From an uncultured delta proteobacterium (GTDB lineage: Bacteria; Desulfobacterota; Binatia; UBA9968), in NCBI GenBank assembly GCA_963840855.1, contig CAWJBB010000061.1, forward strand, positions 1 through 64,000: a stretch of 64,000 nt of DNA, given 5' to 3'. This document shows, piece by piece, positions 59,026 to 64,000 of this stretch. Below the pieces are notes generated by a model. It was not told the DNA's origin, searched no databases, and saw nothing but the letters and a program-made list of their open reading frames with translations. The position numbers and the translations under genes were made by a program. Positions within the stretch are counted from its first letter, which is position 1. The number at the start of each line of letters is the position of its first letter.

Positions 59026-60324
59026 CTATAAACCCATGCCCTTTTTCAGCTCACGCAGCAGCGCGATGTTGTCCGAATGGCCGGTCATGCGCGCGGTGAT
59101 CGCGCCGCGGATAGGCCTTCCCAACAAATAAAAATCGCCGATGATGTCGAGTATCTTGTGACGCGCCAGCTCGTCAGTGAAACGCAGCTCGGTATTTACG
59201 ATCTTCTCGTCATCGATGAGAATTAAATTGCTCAGCCGGCCGCCGGCGGCGAGCCCCATCTTTTCCAGTTGGGCGACGTCTTTAAGAAAACCAAAGGTCC
59301 GGGCTGGTGCAATCTCCTCTTTGAAAGTCTCAGGTCCGCGATGGGCATAAAAATACTCCTGCCGTCCCACCGGCTTTGGGTAACGCAGTTCGTAGCGCAC
59401 TGAAAAAACGTCCGCGGGCTCGATGATAATCGACTCGCCGTCCTCATTGCCCGCCCGGTAACGCCGGTCCACGACGATCTCGCTGCATTCTTCGTCCTGC
59501 TCTTCAATGCCCGCCTCGTCGACAAGGCGGCAAAACTCGATGGCGGAACCGTCGAGGATCGGGATTTCGCTTTGGACTTTTACCAGCAGGTTGGTAATTC
59601 CGTAGCTATGCAAGGTGGCAAGAAGATGTTCGATCGTGGCCACGCTGATACCCTTGTTACGCAGTGAGGTCGCGTACCCGGTAGAGACCACATTGTCGAG
59701 ATGCGCCCGCACCGTGGCGTCCGCCGCGATACCGGTAAACAGGATGCCGCTGTTCGGCGGCAGCGGATGAAGCACCAGGCCGGTTTTGATTCCCGAATGA
59801 AGACCTTGGCCGGAGGTCACGACGCTATGCCCTAGCGTTTTTTGTTTGAGCTGGCCCGCGGTGAGCGCCCACGCAGCTGCTGACGCAGGTTTTTTGGCGA
59901 CTCTTTTTTTGTTTCCTCCGGGCGCGCTTTGGACCGTGCCGCCTGGAACGTCGCCCAAGGCGCGCCGCACGGTTAACAGCAAGCCTTCCAGCGAAAGCGG
60001 CTTTTCGAGAAAATCGAAGGCGCCGAACTTTGTCGCCGTCACCGCCGTGTGAATATTGCCGTGGCCGGAGATCATGACAACGTTCAATTCCGGCTCCTTG
60101 CTCTTGATTTCCTTTAGTAAACCGATGCCATCCGCCTGGGGCATCCAGATGTCGAGTAGAACGAGTCCGGGTTTTTCCTCCTCGATAATATCGAGCACAC
60201 GGGTAACATCGGCGGTGTCCACGACGCGGTAACCTTCGTCGCTCAAGACTTCCCGAACCGATTCCCGGACTCTATCTTCATCGTCCACAACCAGGATCGT
60301 CTGCTCCGCGAGAGTTTCAATCAC
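59026..60324 (-). CDS. lpxC: Response-regulator receiver domain fused to UDP-3-O-acyl-GlcNAc deacetylase (REC-LpxC)
   Basis: REC: ILVVDDE, LLDIWMP, ISGHG, FLEKP. LpxC: QKTL..SV...GQGLHSG, TIEHLLA, EIPILDGSA, EIAPARTFGF, RHKILDIIGD, GH..N. GTG start at 60324 after a G-rich RBS. Confidence 0.93.
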   Translation of the reverse strand: MIETLAEQTILVVDDEDRVRESVREVLSDEGYRVVDTADVTRVLDIIEEEKPGLVLLDIWMPQADGIGLLKEIKSKEPELNVVMISGHGNIHTAVTATKFGAFDFLEKPLSLEGLLLTVRRALGDVPGGTVQSAPGGNKKRVAKKPASAAAWALTAGQLKQKTLGHSVVTSGQGLHSGIKTGLVLHPLPPNSGILFTGIAADATVRAHLDNVVSTGYATSLRNKGISVATIEHLLATLHSYGITNLLVKVQSEIPILDGSAIEFCRLVDEAGIEEQDEECSEIVVDRRYRAGNEDGESIIIEPADVFSVRYELRYPKPVGRQEYFYAHRGPETFKEEIAPARTFGFLKDVAQLEKMGLAAGGRLSNLILIDDEKIVNTELRFTDELARHKILDIIGDFYLLGRPIRGAITARMTGHSDNIALLRELKKGMGL

Positions 60325-60349
60325 TCTTCCCCCCTTGCCGGACAATACT

Positions 60350-62596
60350 CTATCCGATTGCCGGTAAAGCCGCTAGTTGGTGGCGTACCGGCAGCTCGAT
60401 TATAAACCTGGTTCCCTTCGGCTCGTTGGGCCGAACGCGGATATAACCGTGATGATCTTCCACGATGGCGCTAACGATGGAAAGCCCCAGGCCCGTACCG
60501 TCCCGCTTGGTTGAGAAGTATGGCTCGAAGATGCGCGACCGCACCTCCGGCGGCAAGCCCCTGCCATTGTCCGCCACTTCGAGACAAACTTTGGTTAAAG
60601 CATGCTCATAGCTCGTGGTGATCTCCACGTCTCCCCTGCCATCCATCGCCGTCACGGCATTGTCCAGTAGATTGATCAAGGCCCGCTTGATCTGGTTTCG
60701 GTCCAACTCCAAGGCCGGGATAACGCCCGGGTGAAATTCAAAACGGATGGTGCGATGCCCCTCCTGGAAGAGAAACAACGCCTCCCGCACGACTTCGTTG
60801 AGATCATTCACGGCCAGCTCCGCCGCCGGAAGTCGCGCGAACTGGGCGAATTCGTTCACAAGACGCTTGAGTTCTTCGACTTGCCGAATGATGGTCGTCG
60901 TGCATTTATCGAGAATCGCGCCGTCGCCTTCGAGCATCTTCGCATAACGTTTCCTCAGCCGTTCCGCCGACAGCTGGATCGGCGTGAGCGGGTTTTTGAT
61001 CTCATGGGCGATGCGCCGCGCCACTTCGCGCCATGCTTCCATGCGCTGCGCTTTCTGAATCTCGGTAATATCTTCCACGAACACCATCACGCCCAGACTG
61101 CGGCCGTCGTCGTCGCGCAAGGTGGCCGCGTTGGCCACCACCGTCAGCACCCGGTCCGGCAGGGATATCGACAATTCCTTTTCGACGCTCTCGCCGTCTT
61201 TGACGTTTTCCATGATTTCGCGCATCGGCTTGAGCTGTTCGGCGGCGAAAATCCGTTCCTGCGAATGGCCCAGGGCATCGGCACCGTTTATGCCGAAAAT
61301 TCTTTCCGCGGCTTTGTTCCAAGCGGTGATCTGGCCGCCGGCATCGACGGCGATGACCGCGGCATTGACGTTGGCAAGCAGGGTCTCCATATAGCGGCCG
61401 CGCCGTTCGATTTCGAATGTCATCTGCTTTAAATCCCGCGTCATGCCATTGAAAGAGTCCACGAGGGTGCCGATCTCGTCGTCGCCGCTGGCTTCAATCT
61501 GGTAGTCCCAATTGCCCTGCGCCACTGCATGGGTTCCCTCGGCCAACTGCTGGATCGGCACAGTGATACCTTTGGCCAGATAGAGGCCGAACCATGTCGC
61601 CGCAAATATGATAACGAGGGTAATAAGAAGCAACGTGAGAATGTAGCTGTTCTTGATCGGCGTTTTGAGAAACATGGAATGCTTATACTGTTCATAAGAG
61701 CGGGAGATCTGCGAGGCGCGCTTGGCGATGCTTTTGGGAACATAATAGTCCACCACCACAGCGCCTCGGATACGCTTGCCGTCGCCGTATACCGGCGCGC
61801 CGCCGCGAATCACATCACCCTCGCCGAACTCTTGCGTGCGCGTCACTTCCAAGCCGCGCAGCGCGCCGTTCAAGAACTCGGAGTCCGCCTTGATAGTAAC
61901 TCCCGTCGGCACGTCGTTGTTAAACGCCACCACGAGCAGTCGACGGTCCGGAGTGAACAACTCCACCGTGCCAAGGTTATATTCCCGCTGCTTGCGCGTG
62001 ACGAACTGTTTCAGCTCGGCGATACGCTGCGCGTCAAATAGTCTTTCCTCGGTGATCAGCCGGCTCAGCTGTTTGGCATAAAAAAGCGCGTTGTTGGCCG
62101 AATTTTGATAATAGGTCTGGCCTATTTCCAGCGAACCCTGGAGCGCGCTTTCGACCTGGACGTCGAACCAGCGTTCAAACGAGCGGGTCACAAAGCCGCC
62201 GGCGATCACGAACAAGATCAAGGTCGGCACCAACGACAGGCCGACAAAGGCCAGCACCAGCCGCACGCGCAGCCGGGAGCCAAGTATGTGGCGTTTGCGC
62301 TCGAAAACCAACTTGACTAGGTTTCGGACCACCAGAAAAACCATGAGCATAAGCAAAATGATGTTGATATTGATTAACAGGAAAAAGACGATGTTGTTGC
62401 CGAGCGATTGCTCGGTAGAAGCGTCGGGGAGGTTGACCTCGAAGTACGCGAACGCCGCCACCGTGAGGGCAGTGACAACAATCACCCACGCCTCGCGCCT
62501 GCGCCGTTTGGCCTCTTCCAGTTTGAGACTTTCCGCTATCGGTTTGGCCGGGTGAACCGCTTCCATGGGACTCTTTCCGGGAACATTATCGGACAA
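60350..62596 (-). CDS. NtrY-like sensor histidine kinase (TM, HAMP, PAS, HisKA, HATPase)
   Basis: GSRLRVRLVLAF, SFERWF, HAMP DEIGTLVDSFN.MT, AWREVARRIAHEIKNPLTPIQLSAERL, NLLDNA, DNGRG, GTGLGL. Confidence 0.93.
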   Translation of the reverse strand: MSDNVPGKSPMEAVHPAKPIAESLKLEEAKRRRREAWVIVVTALTVAAFAYFEVNLPDASTEQSLGNNIVFFLLININIILLMLMVFLVVRNLVKLVFERKRHILGSRLRVRLVLAFVGLSLVPTLILFVIAGGFVTRSFERWFDVQVESALQGSLEIGQTYYQNSANNALFYAKQLSRLITEERLFDAQRIAELKQFVTRKQREYNLGTVELFTPDRRLLVVAFNNDVPTGVTIKADSEFLNGALRGLEVTRTQEFGEGDVIRGGAPVYGDGKRIRGAVVVDYYVPKSIAKRASQISRSYEQYKHSMFLKTPIKNSYILTLLLITLVIIFAATWFGLYLAKGITVPIQQLAEGTHAVAQGNWDYQIEASGDDEIGTLVDSFNGMTRDLKQMTFEIERRGRYMETLLANVNAAVIAVDAGGQITAWNKAAERIFGINGADALGHSQERIFAAEQLKPMREIMENVKDGESVEKELSISLPDRVLTVVANAATLRDDDGRSLGVMVFVEDITEIQKAQRMEAWREVARRIAHEIKNPLTPIQLSAERLRKRYAKMLEGDGAILDKCTTTIIRQVEELKRLVNEFAQFARLPAAELAVNDLNEVVREALFLFQEGHRTIRFEFHPGVIPALELDRNQIKRALINLLDNAVTAMDGRGDVEITTSYEHALTKVCLEVADNGRGLPPEVRSRIFEPYFSTKRDGTGLGLSIVSAIVEDHHGYIRVRPNEPKGTRFIIELPVRHQLAALPAIG

Positions 62597-62607
62597 TTCG
62601 AGAAATT

Positions 62608-62820
62608 CTATCTGCGAAAGAAATAAACGACAAGGGAAATCAACACGCTGACGAGCAGACAGGTGGCCAGCGGAAAATAAAAAGTAAACCGCTCGCGCTC
62701 AATCGTAATATCGCCGGGCAGGTGGCCGAGCCAGGGGATCTTGCCGCCGAGCAAGAAAATCACCCCAAAGAGGACTAACACGATGCCAATAAAGATAAGA
62801 GTTTTACCCAGACCCTCCAT
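62608..62820 (-). CDS. DUF2905 family small membrane protein
   Basis: LGK.LI..G, LGHLPGDI.IER..FTFYFPLATCLLVS. Confidence 0.9.
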   Translation of the reverse strand: MEGLGKTLIFIGIVLVLFGVIFLLGGKIPWLGHLPGDITIERERFTFYFPLATCLLVSVLISLVVYFFRR

Positions 62821-62978
62821 GATCGGTCCCTCCGAGTAAACCTATTATGGTCAAGCTGTTGCCGGGCTTCCCGCCTCATCTCCAGGCTCGTGGATCGCAG
62901 GAGCGCAAACGCCAATTTTTTCAATCAGCATCGAGCATTTTCCATTTTGCATTCCGCTATCACCACCCACCCTACTCT

Positions 62979-64000
62979 TCAGAACAGACTCGGCTGGTTT
63001 TTCGCTCCGATCGGTTTCACTCCACTCTGACTCCGGTCAAAATGTTCGTAAGCCAAAGCCGTGGCGACGCGCCCGCGGGGCGTGCGCTGCACGAACCCGG
63101 CCTGGATCAAAAACGGCTCGTAGACATCCTCGATGGTATCTTTCTCTTCCCCTATGGCGGCGGCGAGGGTTTCCACTCCGACCGGCCCACCGGCAAATTT
63201 ATCGATGAGCGTCAACAGCAACATCGTGTCCATTTTGTCCAGTCCCCGCCGATCGACCTCTAACATTCGCAACGCCTCGTCCGTGAGCGACTTTGTAATC
63301 GTTCCATTACCTTTGACCTGGGCGTAGTCGCGCACCCGCCGCAACAGCCGGTTCGCTATCCTTGGCGTGCCGCGCGAGCGGGTCGCGATCTCTGCAATGC
63401 CGGCACTATCCGCATTCACGCCGAGTATGGTCGCGGAGCGTTTTAAGATGCGCGAAAGCGCGCCGGTGTCGTAATAGTCCAAGCGATGGATGTGGCCGAA
63501 GCGGTCGCGCAGGGGGGAAGTCAATAGCCCGGAACGCGTGGTCGCGCCGATCAGCGTAAAGCGCTTGAGCTCCAACTTGATGGAACGAGCAGCCGGTCCC
63601 TGACCGATCATGATATCGATCTGATAATCCTCCATCGCGGGGTAGAGCACTTCTTCCACCACATGGTTCAAGCGGTGAATCTCATCGATAAAAAGGACAT
63701 CGCCTTCTTCGAGGTTGGTAAGCAGCGCCGCCAAGTCGCCCGGCCGTTCGACCACGGGCCCGGAAGTCGCCCTAATATTCACGCCCCTCTCACGGGCGAT
63801 GATGTAGGCCAATGAAGTCTTACCCAGGCCGGGGGGACCGTGAAAAAGAATATGATCGAGCACATCGCCCCGGCCCTGGGCCGCGACAATGGCCACTTTC
63901 AAGTTTTCCTTAATTGACTCTTGACCGACGTACTCATCGAAGCCGCGCGGCCGCAGATTGGCTTCGTAGTTTACTTCGTCGTCGTCCCTATGCCCATCGA
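62979..64000 (-). CDS. ruvB: Holliday junction branch migration helicase RuvB (5' end outside the window)
   Basis: [12 protein letters not shown] in frame upstream of the listed [45 protein letters not shown]. Confidence 0.98.
   Translation of the reverse strand, partial: DGHRDDDEVNYEANLRPRGFDEYVGQESIKENLKVAIVAAQGRGDVLDHILFHGPPGLGKTSLAYIIARERGVNIRATSGPVVERPGDLAALLTNLEEGDVLFIDEIHRLNHVVEEVLYPAMEDYQIDIMIGQGPAARSIKLELKRFTLIGATTRSGLLTSPLRDRFGHIHRLDYYDTGALSRILKRSATILGVNADSAGIAEIATRSRGTPRIANRLLRRVRDYAQVKGNGTITKSLTDEALRMLEVDRRGLDKMDTMLLLTLIDKFAGGPVGVETLAAAIGEEKDTIEDVYEPFLIQAGFVQRTPRGRVATALAYEHFDRSQSGVKPIGAKNQPSLF

Noticed and set aside
63903-64000. Truncated or frameshifted ruvB
   Set aside because: The frame stays open to the window edge; the start simply lies outside the window

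Overview
This GC-rich bacterial window has gene content and intergenic repeat families that suggest a Candidatus Binatia-like (deltaproteobacterial) genome; that placement is inference. About 1-57 kb is an accessory scavenging/catabolic region. It holds about 14 solute-binding protein genes (6 Bug/TctC, 4 NMT1/SsuA-like plus 3 remnants, 3 tandem Fe/polyamine-type, 1 DppA-like) but only one ABC permease/ATPase pair. These are interleaved with enzymes typical of aromatic and organic-acid catabolism: three amidohydrolases, an HCHL-like crotonase, a 4,5-dihydroxyphthalate decarboxylase-like protein, UbiD, 3-hydroxyanthranilate dioxygenase, a heme-oxygenase-like diiron enzyme, an amidase, VOC proteins, SDRs and two atypical thiolase/DUF35 systems. 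About 57-64 kb is a housekeeping block (queG, DUF2203, an NtrY-like kinase, DUF2905, ruvB). The two most striking observations are (i) an intact receiver domain fused in frame to a complete LpxC directly downstream of the NtrY-like kinase, and (ii) a DUF2294 gene followed by a hairpin-plus-terminator RNA element in front of a 52-aa membrane protein. Many genes carry clustered single-base indels that look like long-read consensus errors. One such gene, a secreted blue-copper protein, is missing from the ORF track. No rRNA, tRNA, CRISPR array or intact transposase was recognised. All calls come from motif recognition by eye; no searches were run.
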